A stretch of DNA of 64,000 bases from Candidatus Omnitrophota bacterium (lineage in GTDB: Bacteria; Omnitrophota; Gorgyraeia; Zapsychrales; Zapsychraceae). The notes under the pieces were generated by a model. The model saw only the letters and a program-made list of their open reading frames with translations, was not told the DNA's origin and made no database searches. Below are positions 7,811-16,960 of this stretch, in pieces (within the stretch, counting starts at the first letter, position 1; each line of letters opens with the position of its first letter). The position numbers and the translations under genes were made by a program. The DNA is taken from assembly GCA_015233195.1 (NCBI GenBank), contig JADFYE010000007.1, positions 8,684 through 72,683 on the forward strand, given 5' to 3'.

Positions 7811-7919
7811 CCGCTTTCTCGTCTACCCTCTCAACCCCTTGTTTTCCTATAAATATATCAGGCATACTTGTAATAGATTGCAGTTGTGGCTTATATGTTT
7901 TTTAACAAGGAGGGGGGCA

Positions 7920-8717
7920 ATGAAACAGATATTATTTATTATAAGTTTGGTAATGGTTTTTGCAGTACCTGCATACGCTGATAGAGGCGAGCTTACCGAT
8001 TCATTTAGTTTTATTGAAGAAGGACATGACGTAAGTAATGTTTATGTGGGGTTGGCGTATTCAGCGTATGAGAAGAAAGATTTTGATACTGCAAAAACAG
8101 AATGTTTAAAAGCTTTAAGAATTGACCCGAATAATTGCAAAGCTTTAAAATTAATGAAAAAGCTTGATCCAAAAGCTGTAGCAACTAAAGATCGCAGGGC
8201 GCTGCAAAAAGAAGTTAATGATTATAAAAAACAGATTGAAGATCTGCGTATAGAAAATGCTACAATTCTGGTTGAGTCAGGACGCAGGTTAGAACAAGCA
8301 GCAGCTTTAGCAAAACAAAATAAGCAGACAGCGGATAATTATGCTAAAGATATGAGCGCGTTAAAAGCCAGGTTTGATTCTAACGTGGCTGCTTCAGTGA
8401 AATATCAAGAACTGCTTCTCCAAACTAATGCAACACAAGCCAAAAGCAAAGACCAGAAAAATCAGGAATTCTATACTAAGAATGAAGTGTTTAACGCGGT
8501 TGATAGTTATGCGTTGATTCAGAACAATAAATTGCAGGAAATCGGAGATTATACTTTGGCAAGCGCAGGCACATTGCAGAAGAATGCTGATAATGTGGAA
8601 GCGCAGAAAAAGATTGTGGAGGAGTTATCAAATAGTTTAGATAATTATAAAAAGAATATTGAAGAGCAGAGAAAGATTTTATTTCGTCAAACGCACAGGT
8701 TTGAACTTATGAATTGA
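7920..8717 (+). CDS. Exported TPR/coiled-coil protein, unknown function
   Basis: The ATG at 7920 follows aggagggggg. The signal peptide is MKQILFIISLVMVFAVPAYA. There is one TPR-like unit (YEKKDFDTAKTECLKALRIDPNN) followed by a long Q/K/E-rich coiled-coil-like region. Confidence 0.6.
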   Translation: MKQILFIISLVMVFAVPAYADRGELTDSFSFIEEGHDVSNVYVGLAYSAYEKKDFDTAKTECLKALRIDPNNCKALKLMKKLDPKAVATKDRRALQKEVNDYKKQIEDLRIENATILVESGRRLEQAAALAKQNKQTADNYAKDMSALKARFDSNVAASVKYQELLLQTNATQAKSKDQKNQEFYTKNEVFNAVDSYALIQNNKLQEIGDYTLASAGTLQKNADNVEAQKKIVEELSNSLDNYKKNIEEQRKILFRQTHRFELMN

Positions 8718-8759
8718 TGAATATAAATATTCCGAGCCAGTATTGGTTCGGGGCCCATA

Positions 8760-8794
8760 GGCACTAAGTTACGGGATAACTTAGTGCCTTTTTT
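8760..8794 (+). terminator. Rho-independent terminator
   Basis: ggcactaagtt-acgggat-aacttagtgcc followed by tttttt. Confidence 0.7.
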
Positions 8795-8800
8795 ATTTGC

Positions 8801-8923
8801 GAGACTTTTGCAAAACGCCTATCTGCTACGTTATTCGTTCGTTCGCTTGTGCGATGTACTGACGACGTACATCTCCGCACTTACTCGCGAATGCCTTGCA
8901 TCTAGACATTTTTCAACAGTCTC
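8801..8923. repeat. Long imperfect hairpin repeat, family D, copy 2 (~123 nt)
   Basis: gagacttttgcaaaacgcctatctgctacgttattcg...cgaatgccttgcatctagacatttttcaacagtctc. Paired positions differ from copy 1 by compensatory changes: attcC/Ggaat versus attcG/Cgaat, and gccCa/tGggc versus gccTa/tAgac. Confidence 0.8.
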
Positions 8924-8931
8924 TTGTATAA

Positions 8932-10563
8932 ATGCTTAATATCTTATATAAGTATCATATGAAAAGGATATGGGCTTTTTTAAATTCCGGGAAGGGAATA
9001 GGTTGTTTATTTTTTGTGGTCGTGGCAGGGCTTTATTATAAATCGTTTGCTTTTGATTTGACCTATTTTGACGACCAGGTATGGGTGTTGGACTATCAAT
9101 GGTTTTTTGCTAAATGGTCCAATGCTTTAAAGTTTTTTACCGGAGCAGATTTTATATCTGGATGTTTTTACCGTCCGCTTTTAAACCTTACTTTTTTGAT
9201 CGACAGTCAAGTCGGTCATTTTCATTTATGGGCATATCGTTTAACAAATATAATCATTCATGTTAGCGGGGTATGGCTGGTATATAAATTTTTCGAACAT
9301 TTTTTGAAAGATAAAAAACCGGCTTTGATATTAGCTTTGGTTTTTGCGGTTCACCCGACCTTGACTATGGCTGTGGCTTGGCTACCTGGACGGACAGATT
9401 CGCTATTGGGTGTTTTTATTCTTGCTGCGTTTTTGTGTTTTGCCTATTACATAGATAATCCTAAAAAACGGTTTTGGTTAGGTCATGTTTTTTTTATGTT
9501 GTGCGCTTTTTTGACTAAAGAAACAGCGTTGGTTCTGCCTGTGATCTGTTTACTGTATTTATGGATGGTTAAAAAAGAATGGGGAGTTAAAAAGGGTTGG
9601 AGTTTTTGGTTGTTGTGGTTGATAGTTCTACCGGCTTTTCTGATATTACGCAAGTCTATAATGGCTCAGCAGATCACAATTGTTCCTCTGGGCACCTTAA
9701 TCTCGTCATTTTTTGAAAATCTGCCAGCAGTTGTTTTATATTTGGGCAAGACTTTATTGCCTATAAATTTATCGGTCTTACCGATATTGAGGGATGTTAC
9801 TCATTGGTACGGCGTAGTAGTCGCAGCGTTTCTTACGATATTATTTATTTTTACGTCTGAAAAAGATTGGCTTAAAATATCTTTCGGGTTTGTTTGGTTT
9901 TTATTATTTTTGTTACCGTCTTTGGTGATGAGTTTTATAGAGCATGAATACCGTTTGTATTTGCCGCTGCTCGGTATATTGCTGGTGCTTGCCCAGACGG
10001 ATCTTTTCCGTGCCAGCATGAAAAATAAATATGTTTGGGTGTGGGTTTTGATAATAGCTAGCTTAGGTTTAAAAACTTTTTATCACCAGGATAATTTAAA
10101 AAACCGGTTGATTTTTTGGAAAAGCGCGGTTAATGTTGCTCCGCACTCGCCGTTAGCGCACCGTAATTTGGCGGCTATGTATTGTTTGGTAAAAGATTTT
10201 GATAGGGCAGAGCCGGAATTTAAAGAGGCAGCCAGGCTTAATTATAAAGAGCCGATGGTGCATAATAATCTCGGTCTGATTTATATGAATCGGGGTAAAA
10301 ATATAGAAGCAGAGAAAGAGTATTTGTTGGAAATAAAATACAATCAGACTTACGGTAATGTTTATTATAATTATGGGCTTTTGAAATATATGGAAAAACA
10401 ATATCCCGAGGGGGCAAAGCTTTTTGAGCAGGCAATTTTTTATGATCCTAAGCATATGGACGCTGTAAAGATGTTGTTGCAGTATTATCGGTACATAAAA
10501 GATGAGGGTCAAATTAAGCGCATAGAGGATTATTTACGATCAAATGGGGTAAGCGGATTTTAA
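8932..10563 (+). CDS. Polytopic membrane protein with C-terminal TPR repeats (PMT/ArnT-like glycosyltransferase architecture)
   Basis: The first ~400 aa contain about 10 hydrophobic segments. TPR-like repeats follow (LAHRNLAAMYCLVKDFDRAEPEFKEAARLNYKEP, HNNLGLIYMNRGKNIEAEKEY...). An alternative start is at 8959. Confidence 0.5.
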   Translation: MLNILYKYHMKRIWAFLNSGKGIGCLFFVVVAGLYYKSFAFDLTYFDDQVWVLDYQWFFAKWSNALKFFTGADFISGCFYRPLLNLTFLIDSQVGHFHLWAYRLTNIIIHVSGVWLVYKFFEHFLKDKKPALILALVFAVHPTLTMAVAWLPGRTDSLLGVFILAAFLCFAYYIDNPKKRFWLGHVFFMLCAFLTKETALVLPVICLLYLWMVKKEWGVKKGWSFWLLWLIVLPAFLILRKSIMAQQITIVPLGTLISSFFENLPAVVLYLGKTLLPINLSVLPILRDVTHWYGVVVAAFLTILFIFTSEKDWLKISFGFVWFLLFLLPSLVMSFIEHEYRLYLPLLGILLVLAQTDLFRASMKNKYVWVWVLIIASLGLKTFYHQDNLKNRLIFWKSAVNVAPHSPLAHRNLAAMYCLVKDFDRAEPEFKEAARLNYKEPMVHNNLGLIYMNRGKNIEAEKEYLLEIKYNQTYGNVYYNYGLLKYMEKQYPEGAKLFEQAIFYDPKHMDAVKMLLQYYRYIKDEGQIKRIEDYLRSNGVSGF

Positions 10564-10592
10564 TCAAAATCTTAATGCTAATGGATTTTTGA

Positions 10593-10601
10593 TGATATAA
10601 T
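10593..10601 (+). promoter_or_regulatory. Candidate extended -10 promoter (TGaTATAAT)
   Basis: tgatataat lies ~30 nt upstream of the ATG at 10631. Confidence 0.3.
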
Positions 10602-10630
10602 GTTGACGTAAAATTTAAAAAGGAGCAGAT

Positions 10631-11035
10631 ATGGCAGAAGGTCAAACCCAAAGAAAAATTCTCTACCATATAAACAAATACCAGAAAATATTATTTTTTC
10701 CAACGGTATTAGTCTTCATGATCGGGTGCATGATGGCTTGGTTAAGTCTCTTATATTTTGTGTTGGGCGATTATTCCGCAAATCCCGGACTAGGGCAGCT
10801 TCGTTTTATCATTCCTTCATTTTTATTTATTTTGGTAGTTGCGTTTGTTTTAGTGATCGTTTGGCAATGCAAATTGTCAAATAGTGTGGTCGGCGCGTTT
10901 TCCCGGGTCATCCGTGAGATGGATGAAGTTCTGGACGGTAAACGCAAGGGACCGATCATTGTCCGTCAACGCGATGAAATGTTTTATGAGATCGTTCAGC
11001 GGGTGAATGCTTTCATTGAAAAACAGCCGAAATAA
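10631..11035 (+). CDS. Small membrane protein (2 TM), unknown function
   Basis: The ORF has SD aaaggag upstream and two hydrophobic helices. Confidence 0.5.
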   Translation: MAEGQTQRKILYHINKYQKILFFPTVLVFMIGCMMAWLSLLYFVLGDYSANPGLGQLRFIIPSFLFILVVAFVLVIVWQCKLSNSVVGAFSRVIREMDEVLDGKRKGPIIVRQRDEMFYEIVQRVNAFIEKQPK

Positions 11036-11067
11036 TAAATTTCATTCATTAAAGAAAGCGAGGTTTT

Positions 11068-12417
11068 ATGCGTAGGATAGGAGTACTTTTTTTAGGGGCG
11101 ATTATGGTATTTTCTATCAGTTCAAACGTCCATGCCTCGAAAATAATATTAAAAAACGGTAAAGAAAAGAACGGGACTGTCACAGAGCAAAAGGCTGATT
11201 CAGTCCGGATTGATGTAGAGAATCTCGGAGTTCCGATAACATATTATTTAGACGAGATTGAAAAAATTTATGATGATGAAGGCAAAATTGTATATCCTGC
11301 AGATACTACGGCTGCTCCAGTAAATGCTCCAGCATCAAATGTGCCAGTTGCCTTACCTGGAAAAATAAAAGATGGTCCGTATAAAGTTTTTTATGACAGC
11401 GGTAAATTAAAACAAGAAGTTATGCTTAAAGACGGGAAAAGGGATGGTTTATTTAAAGAATATTTTGAAGGCGGGCAGGTTAAAATTGAAGTTATGTATA
11501 AAGATGATGTGAGGGTTAGTGATTATAAGGAATATTTCGAGGATGGTAAGTTAGCTTACCGCGAGCAATATAAAGACGGTAAAGTCGATGGTTTGATGCA
11601 AGAATATTATCAGAATGGTAATTTGATGCGGGAAATAAATTTTGTGGCAGGGAAAAGAGTTGGGGTAGCTAAAGAATATTATGAAGATGGAAAAATAAAA
11701 AATGAAGTGACTTTTGTTGACGATATCCAAAATGGACCTTATTCCGAATATAATGCGAAAGGTATAAAAAGTGTAGACGGGGAATATAAAAAAGGAATTA
11801 AAGACGGCGCGTTCAAATTCTATTCAGATACTGGTATTTTATTTGCCGACTCAACTTATGTGAATAATAAACAGGTTGGCGCGTATACAGAGTATTTCCC
11901 GAGTGGAAAAGTTAGTGTTGAATTAAATTTTGCTGAGGGTTTAAAGAACGGACCATTTCAAGAGTTTAATGACCAGGGTCAGTTAACTTATAAGGGAACT
12001 TATGCTAATGATAAAGTGTCGGGTGTGGTGCAGGAGTTTAAGGATGGGGTTTTGTTGAAAGAGACTACGTATGATAATGGAAAAAGAAACGGGTCTTATA
12101 AAGAGTTTTACACCGACGGAAAGGCTAAAACCGAAATAGTTTTTAAAGATGACGTCCGGCAGGAATACCGGGAATTTTTTGAAGACGGAAAAGTGCAGTA
12201 TGAAGAACAATATAAAGACGGGAAAGTAAGTGGAGAGGTAAAAGAATATTATGCCAGCGGTAAGCTTTTGAGAGATTTGAATTATGTGGACGGGAAAAAA
12301 GATGGAATATATAAAGAGTATGATGAAGCGGGTAAGCTTTTAATCGAGATAGAATTTAAAGATGATAAAGAGATCAGCCGTAAAACGCCTGATGAAAAGG
12401 CGGAAGGAATAAAATAA
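11068..12417 (+). CDS. Exported MORN-repeat-variant (YwqK-like) repeat protein
   Basis: Signal peptide, then many tandem ~23-aa units of the type YKEYFEDGKL..E..YKDGK.DG. Confidence 0.7.
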   Translation: MRRIGVLFLGAIMVFSISSNVHASKIILKNGKEKNGTVTEQKADSVRIDVENLGVPITYYLDEIEKIYDDEGKIVYPADTTAAPVNAPASNVPVALPGKIKDGPYKVFYDSGKLKQEVMLKDGKRDGLFKEYFEGGQVKIEVMYKDDVRVSDYKEYFEDGKLAYREQYKDGKVDGLMQEYYQNGNLMREINFVAGKRVGVAKEYYEDGKIKNEVTFVDDIQNGPYSEYNAKGIKSVDGEYKKGIKDGAFKFYSDTGILFADSTYVNNKQVGAYTEYFPSGKVSVELNFAEGLKNGPFQEFNDQGQLTYKGTYANDKVSGVVQEFKDGVLLKETTYDNGKRNGSYKEFYTDGKAKTEIVFKDDVRQEYREFFEDGKVQYEEQYKDGKVSGEVKEYYASGKLLRDLNYVDGKKDGIYKEYDEAGKLLIEIEFKDDKEISRKTPDEKAEGIK

Positions 12418-12422
12418 TTTTC

Positions 12423-12449
12423 GTAGGGACAGCGTCTTCGACCTGTCCG
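12423..12449 (+). repeat. GTAG-headed hairpin, family A variant (3' of the MORN gene)
   Basis: gtagggacagcgtcttcgacctgtccg sits directly after stop TAA + ttttc, the same context as 28421-28447. Confidence 0.6.
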
Positions 12450-12475
12450 TTCCAAACAAGATATTGGAGGTCAAT

Positions 12476-12862
12476 ATGCTAAAAAAATTAAGTTTATTCG
12501 TGTTAGTTGCTGGTGTTAGTTGTATGTTATCTGGATGCTTTTTATTAGTCGCTGCCGGAGCTGGAGCTGGTACAGCAGTATGGATGTCCAATAAAGTCAC
12601 TCAAACGTTTGAAGCGAATTTTGAAAAAACTACTCAGGCAGCGGATAAAGCTTTAAGTGATTTAAAACTTCCGACTAAGAAAAAGACCATAGAAACTAAT
12701 GTTGTGAAATTAGTCAGTGAATCAACCCAAGGTAAAACCATTTGGATCGATATAACTCCGATATCAGATAAAGTTACACAGGTTGAAGTGCGCGTAGGAG
12801 CTGTAGAAGCTGACAAAAAACTCGCCGGCGACATATTGGCTATGATTAAGAAAAAATTATAA
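12476..12862 (+). CDS. Lipoprotein (DUF3568-like)
   Basis: The ATG at 12476 follows ggagg. The lipobox is LSGC. A GAGAGAG segment follows, as in DUF3568 proteins (family assignment from memory). Confidence 0.55.
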   Translation: MLKKLSLFVLVAGVSCMLSGCFLLVAAGAGAGTAVWMSNKVTQTFEANFEKTTQAADKALSDLKLPTKKKTIETNVVKLVSESTQGKTIWIDITPISDKVTQVEVRVGAVEADKKLAGDILAMIKKKL

Positions 12863-12890
12863 CCGTCCGTAACCCCTGGGGTTGTTTTGG
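12863..12890. repeat. Degenerate copy of palindromic repeat family B
   Basis: ccgtccgtaacccctggggttgttttgg; compare 19447-19475 and 41147-41175. Confidence 0.5.
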
Positions 12891-12904
12891 TTGAAAGGAT
12901 TAAC

Positions 12905-13201
12905 ATGTTAAAAATTATATTGTGTTTTGTAGTTTTATCCTGCGGATTTATTTTTTTAGCACAAGCCGAACAAATTGAGTTGAAAACATATTATCCTTCC
13001 CCTCAAGGGGTATATCAGAAATTACGCCTAGTCCCAATTCCCGAAGAGAAATTACCAGATACCTGTGAAACTGGTACGTTACTTTTTGCAGAGAAAAAAG
13101 AACAGGATAAAAAAATATACACGCTTTTTATTTGTGTTGAAGGATTATGGGGAAAAGTAGTTACTTACGAAGGAGTGAAGCCTGCGCAGGATAATAAATA
13201 A
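12905..13201 (+). CDS. Small exported protein, unknown function
   Basis: The ATG at 12905 opens signal peptide MLKIILCFVVLSCGFIFLAQA. Confidence 0.5.
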   Translation: MLKIILCFVVLSCGFIFLAQAEQIELKTYYPSPQGVYQKLRLVPIPEEKLPDTCETGTLLFAEKKEQDKKIYTLFICVEGLWGKVVTYEGVKPAQDNK

Positions 13202-13212
13202 GGGATGCTAGT

Positions 13213-14226
13213 ATGGGAAAAGATAGTGTAATTAATGTTGATGGCAAAGAAGTAAAATTTAATTTTTATCCTGGCAATAGAAAAACCCCGCCTAGTTTTG
13301 AACTTATTCTTGAAATAAATTTTAGAGCGCATGCGGTATTTCGAAAAGAAACTGGAATAGATATTTTTGGGAAGCAAATAGGTTTTAATAAAGAAATACA
13401 GCTTAATGATCCAATGTTTGATCAGTCTATATATGTTGAGTGTGAGGACCAGGGATTTGTGACGCAGTTTTTAAATTCTTGGGGAGCTAAGAACGCATTG
13501 AAAGAAGTATTACAAAATTTTTCCTCTTTGCAAATTGACGGAACGCGGATGAAGTTGATTAAAAATTCATGCGAGGATTCTGTAAGTAGTCTTTCCGAAT
13601 ACGTTGTTGCAGGAGCACGGGCTTTAGTAATGTTAGCTAATGGTGTGCCGGAATATTCTTTTGGAATGCAGTCAGCGACTCCAGAGACGGATAAGCTGGT
13701 TCAAAAAGATCATATTTATTCTTTCGCTACTATTTTTTTACTTATTGGAGGTATTGGGCTTTTTATATGGTCAACAAGTTTTAACGTGGTCATGCAAGGA
13801 TTACTTTTTAGGCAGTCATTGACGCTAAGCGTGCCTTTAATTGCTCTAGTGGTATTTTTTATTTTTATGCAATATGGGAGTTCATCTAAATCCTTGGCTG
13901 CGCTTATATCAGGTTTTGTGTTTTTAGTGATTGGATGTTTATTGATCGTATATTCCAGTATAGTGATTTTAAATAGTAAAATGGACGTATCATTACCAGA
14001 AAAATATGAGGTAACGGTTATAGGAAAATATATTACGCATAGTAAAAACAACACCACATATCATATTGCGGTTTCTTCTTGGTCAGATAAAATTTCTAAG
14101 TATGCTTTTTCAGTTGGGTCAAGCAGGTATGATCAAATAATGGTTAATGATCCATGTGTGCTTACAACTCGTTCTGGAGCATTTGGTTTCCCGTGGGTGG
14201 TATCATATCAGTGCAGTAAAAAATGA
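13213..14226 (+). CDS. Membrane protein (3-4 TM), unknown function
   Basis: 337-aa ORF with a central hydrophobic block. I recognise no family. Confidence 0.5.
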   Translation: MGKDSVINVDGKEVKFNFYPGNRKTPPSFELILEINFRAHAVFRKETGIDIFGKQIGFNKEIQLNDPMFDQSIYVECEDQGFVTQFLNSWGAKNALKEVLQNFSSLQIDGTRMKLIKNSCEDSVSSLSEYVVAGARALVMLANGVPEYSFGMQSATPETDKLVQKDHIYSFATIFLLIGGIGLFIWSTSFNVVMQGLLFRQSLTLSVPLIALVVFFIFMQYGSSSKSLAALISGFVFLVIGCLLIVYSSIVILNSKMDVSLPEKYEVTVIGKYITHSKNNTTYHIAVSSWSDKISKYAFSVGSSRYDQIMVNDPCVLTTRSGAFGFPWVVSYQCSKK

Positions 14227-14262
14227 ACGTTTGAAAGAGCAATGCGAAAGGAGGATTAGTAT

Positions 14263-14328
14263 ATGGGAGATAAGAGCAAGGGAAAGAAAGATAAAAAAGT
14301 TAAAAAGCCAAAGCAGAATAAAGCATAG
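14263..14328 (+). CDS. Candidate 21-aa lysine-rich micro-ORF
   Basis: The strong SD gaaaggagg lies 7 nt before the ATG. Translation is MGDKSKGKKDKKVKKPKQNKA. Support rests only on the SD and its position. Confidence 0.25.
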   Translation: MGDKSKGKKDKKVKKPKQNKA

Positions 14329-14348
14329 TGTTATTTATTTAATACGTT

Positions 14349-14388
14349 ATACTTTTTTAAGGTCGCAATTTGCGACCTTAAAAAGTAT
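14349..14388. other. Long near-perfect hairpin between convergent genes (possible bidirectional terminator)
   Basis: tatacttttttaaggtcgca-att-tgcgaccttaaaaagtata. The T-run precedes and the A-run follows the GC core, so there is no canonical trailing U-tract. Confidence 0.4.
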
Positions 14389-14401
14389 ATTTGCATCTTA
14401 C

Positions 14402-15922
14402 CTACCACTTCCTATCCAAACTTCTATACTGTATCGCTTCAGCTATATGCTGGGTTTGGAGGTGTTCTTGTCCGTCGAGATCAGCAATGGTGCGGCTCAA
14501 TTTCAATATTTTGTTATATGCGCGGGCGGATAAATTTAGTTCTTCGATAGCGTGTTTCAGCAAGGATTTGCTGTCTTCATTAATTTCGCAATGTTTTTTG
14601 ATTTGCCGGGCTGACATGAATGCGTTAGCAAATGTAAGCTCTTTTTTAAATCGGTTTTTTTGTATTTCCCGCGCATTTTCAGTGCGTTTTTTTATTTCAA
14701 GCGAGGGTTCTTCGTCGCCGGTTTTTAATAATGAAGTAGTATCCAATGCAGGGACATCTAAATGTATGTCAATTCGGTCGAGGATTGGGCCGGATATTCT
14801 GGATAAATATTTTTCAACTTGTAACTGCGAACATCTGCAGGTTTTTTTCTGGTCTGATAAATGTCCACATGGGCAAGGGTTCATGGCGCAGACTAACATA
14901 AATTTTGCCGGGAACTTTAGCACGTTGGCAGCCCGGGCTATAGTTACCACATGGTCTTCCATTGGCTGACGCAAGGATTCAATTACAGTGCGGTTGAATT
15001 CAGGAAACTCGTCGAGAAATAATACTCCGTTATGGCTGAGAGTTATTTCACCTGGTCTAGGAATTGTCCCGCCTCCGACTATGGCAGCGCTGGACGTGGT
15101 GTGGTGCGGAGAACGAAACGGACGATAACTAACTAGTCCGGTATCTTTTTGTAGTAGTCCAGAGATAGAATGTATTTGAGTTGTTTCCATTGATTCTTCC
15201 CAGGTCATGTCCGGTAGTATGGTCGGTATTCTTTGGGCGAGCATACTTTTTCCGCTTCCCGGCGGTCCGATCATCAGAATATTATGTCCCCCGGCAGAAG
15301 CGACTTCAAGACCGCGTTTAACGTGACGCTGTCCTTTAACTTCACTAAAATCTACAAAATATTGGTTGGGTTTTTCAGTTTTAGGAAGGGGAGTGTACGG
15401 CGGCCGATCTGTAATATTTTCAATAACCTGAATAGCTTCATTAAGAGTTCGTACTGGAAAAATTTTAGTTTTGCTGAATATCGCGGCTTCTTCAGCATTT
15501 TCAGCTGGGACGATTAATCCTTCAAAATTATCTGCGTGTGCTGCCATTGATACAGATAAACATCCTTTGACCGGCTTAACTTTTCCGTCTAAAGATAATT
15601 CTCCCAGGATCGCGAATTTATGGAGGTTTGGTAGAATCACGTGTTCTAATCCGGTGAGTATTCCAAGAGCCATAGCTAAATCAAATGACGGACCTTCTTT
15701 TTTTATGTCAGCAGGCGAGAGATTAATGGTGATCTTGCGTGATTCAAACGGATATCCGCTGTTTTTTATAGCAGACCTTACTCGTTCTTTGCTTTCTTTA
15801 ATCGCGTTATCCGGCAGACCGACTATGGTGGTTGCAGGCATGCCTTTGTTGATGTCAGTTTCGATAGTAATTAAAAACGCGTTTAGTCCAATGATGCCGT
15901 AGCTGTAAGATTTGGATAACAT
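14402..15922 (-). CDS. comM: Mg-chelatase-like ATPase YifB/ComM
   Basis: The N-terminal Lon-like domain (GLPDNAIKESKERVRSAIKNSG) and the AAA core (MIGPPGSGKSMLA) are both full length. Confidence 0.9.
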   Translation of the reverse strand: MLSKSYSYGIIGLNAFLITIETDINKGMPATTIVGLPDNAIKESKERVRSAIKNSGYPFESRKITINLSPADIKKEGPSFDLAMALGILTGLEHVILPNLHKFAILGELSLDGKVKPVKGCLSVSMAAHADNFEGLIVPAENAEEAAIFSKTKIFPVRTLNEAIQVIENITDRPPYTPLPKTEKPNQYFVDFSEVKGQRHVKRGLEVASAGGHNILMIGPPGSGKSMLAQRIPTILPDMTWEESMETTQIHSISGLLQKDTGLVSYRPFRSPHHTTSSAAIVGGGTIPRPGEITLSHNGVLFLDEFPEFNRTVIESLRQPMEDHVVTIARAANVLKFPAKFMLVCAMNPCPCGHLSDQKKTCRCSQLQVEKYLSRISGPILDRIDIHLDVPALDTTSLLKTGDEEPSLEIKKRTENAREIQKNRFKKELTFANAFMSARQIKKHCEINEDSKSLLKHAIEELNLSARAYNKILKLSRTIADLDGQEHLQTQHIAEAIQYRSLDRKW

Positions 15923-15924
15923 AA

Positions 15925-15962
15925 AACTCCTTTTAATCCGAAAAATCGGATTTTAAGGAGTT
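15925..15962 (-). promoter_or_regulatory. 5'-UTR hairpin that pairs the comM Shine-Dalgarno with an upstream anti-SD
   Basis: The minus-strand RNA is AACUCCUU-AAAAUCCGAUUUUUCGGAUU-AAAAGGAGUU-UUAUG. CUCCUU pairs with AAGGAG. Confidence 0.35.
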
Positions 15963-16100
15963 GAAAGGGAAAAGCGAGAGGGGTTAAAGAAAAGGTATTG
16001 CTTTTCTTTTCTCAAATAATATAATGTAACCTATCATATGCACGTCAAACCGTCAATAATATAATATCTATAAAATATTTTAGATGCTGGTCTAAGGAGG

Positions 16101-16943
16101 GTGTTCGTGAAGAATCGTAATGTTATGATCGCAGGGATTGCTGTTATAGTTATCGCTATTGTTTGGGTAGGCTTGCTTAAGAAAAAAGAGGTGTCTAATA
16201 AATCCAACGAAGTCGCGGTTGCGTCAACGACTAAAAGCGTGTCGGCGCATGAGATGTATAAACAGGCAGAAGAATTGCAAAAAACTGGAAAACCCGAAGA
16301 AGCAAAAAAACTTTATCAGAATATCATGACTGAACATCCGGATTTTGAACAGATCGAGAATGTTCAGACCCAGGTAGGCGCGCTTAATATCGAGCAGATA
16401 TTTTCGAAAAAGATGATTGAAGGCAAGACCACAGAATATGAAATAATGCCGGGAGATTCTTTAGTTAAGGTCGCGAAAAAATTTAAGACCACCGTTCCGC
16501 TTTTACGTAGGAGCAATGGACTTAAAGGTGATACCATACGTTTAGGTCAGAAATTGAGGGTATGGACTGGAACGTTTACCATTTTGGTTAACAAGTCGCA
16601 AAACACTTTAATGTTAAAAGACGGAAATGATGTGGTCAAGGTTTATAAAGTGTCTACGGGAAAAGAAAATTCCACGCCGGTCGGAATTTTTAAAATAGTT
16701 TTGAAACAGGAAAATCCGGTATGGTTTAGCAAAGAAGGAGTGTTTCCTCCGGAAAGTCCGGATAACCAGTTAGGTTCGCGCTGGATGGGATTTAATATTG
16801 AAAGTTATGGAATCCATGGTACTATAGCGCCGGAAAAATTGGGAGAGCAGGCGACTGCAGGTTGTGTACGCATGCTTAACGCGGACGTGGAAGAATTATA
16901 TGACATTATCCCGACTGGTACGGAAGTAACGATAGTAAATTAA
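16101..16943 (+). CDS. LysM domain-containing L,D-transpeptidase (YkuD family)
   Basis: TM anchor, LysM (YEIMPGDSLVKVAKKF) and the YkuD catalytic motif HGT...ATAGCVRM. The start may be the GTG at 16107. Confidence 0.8.
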   Translation: MFVKNRNVMIAGIAVIVIAIVWVGLLKKKEVSNKSNEVAVASTTKSVSAHEMYKQAEELQKTGKPEEAKKLYQNIMTEHPDFEQIENVQTQVGALNIEQIFSKKMIEGKTTEYEIMPGDSLVKVAKKFKTTVPLLRRSNGLKGDTIRLGQKLRVWTGTFTILVNKSQNTLMLKDGNDVVKVYKVSTGKENSTPVGIFKIVLKQENPVWFSKEGVFPPESPDNQLGSRWMGFNIESYGIHGTIAPEKLGEQATAGCVRMLNADVEELYDIIPTGTEVTIVN

Positions 16944-16960
16944 ATTAGGAGAAATCTATA

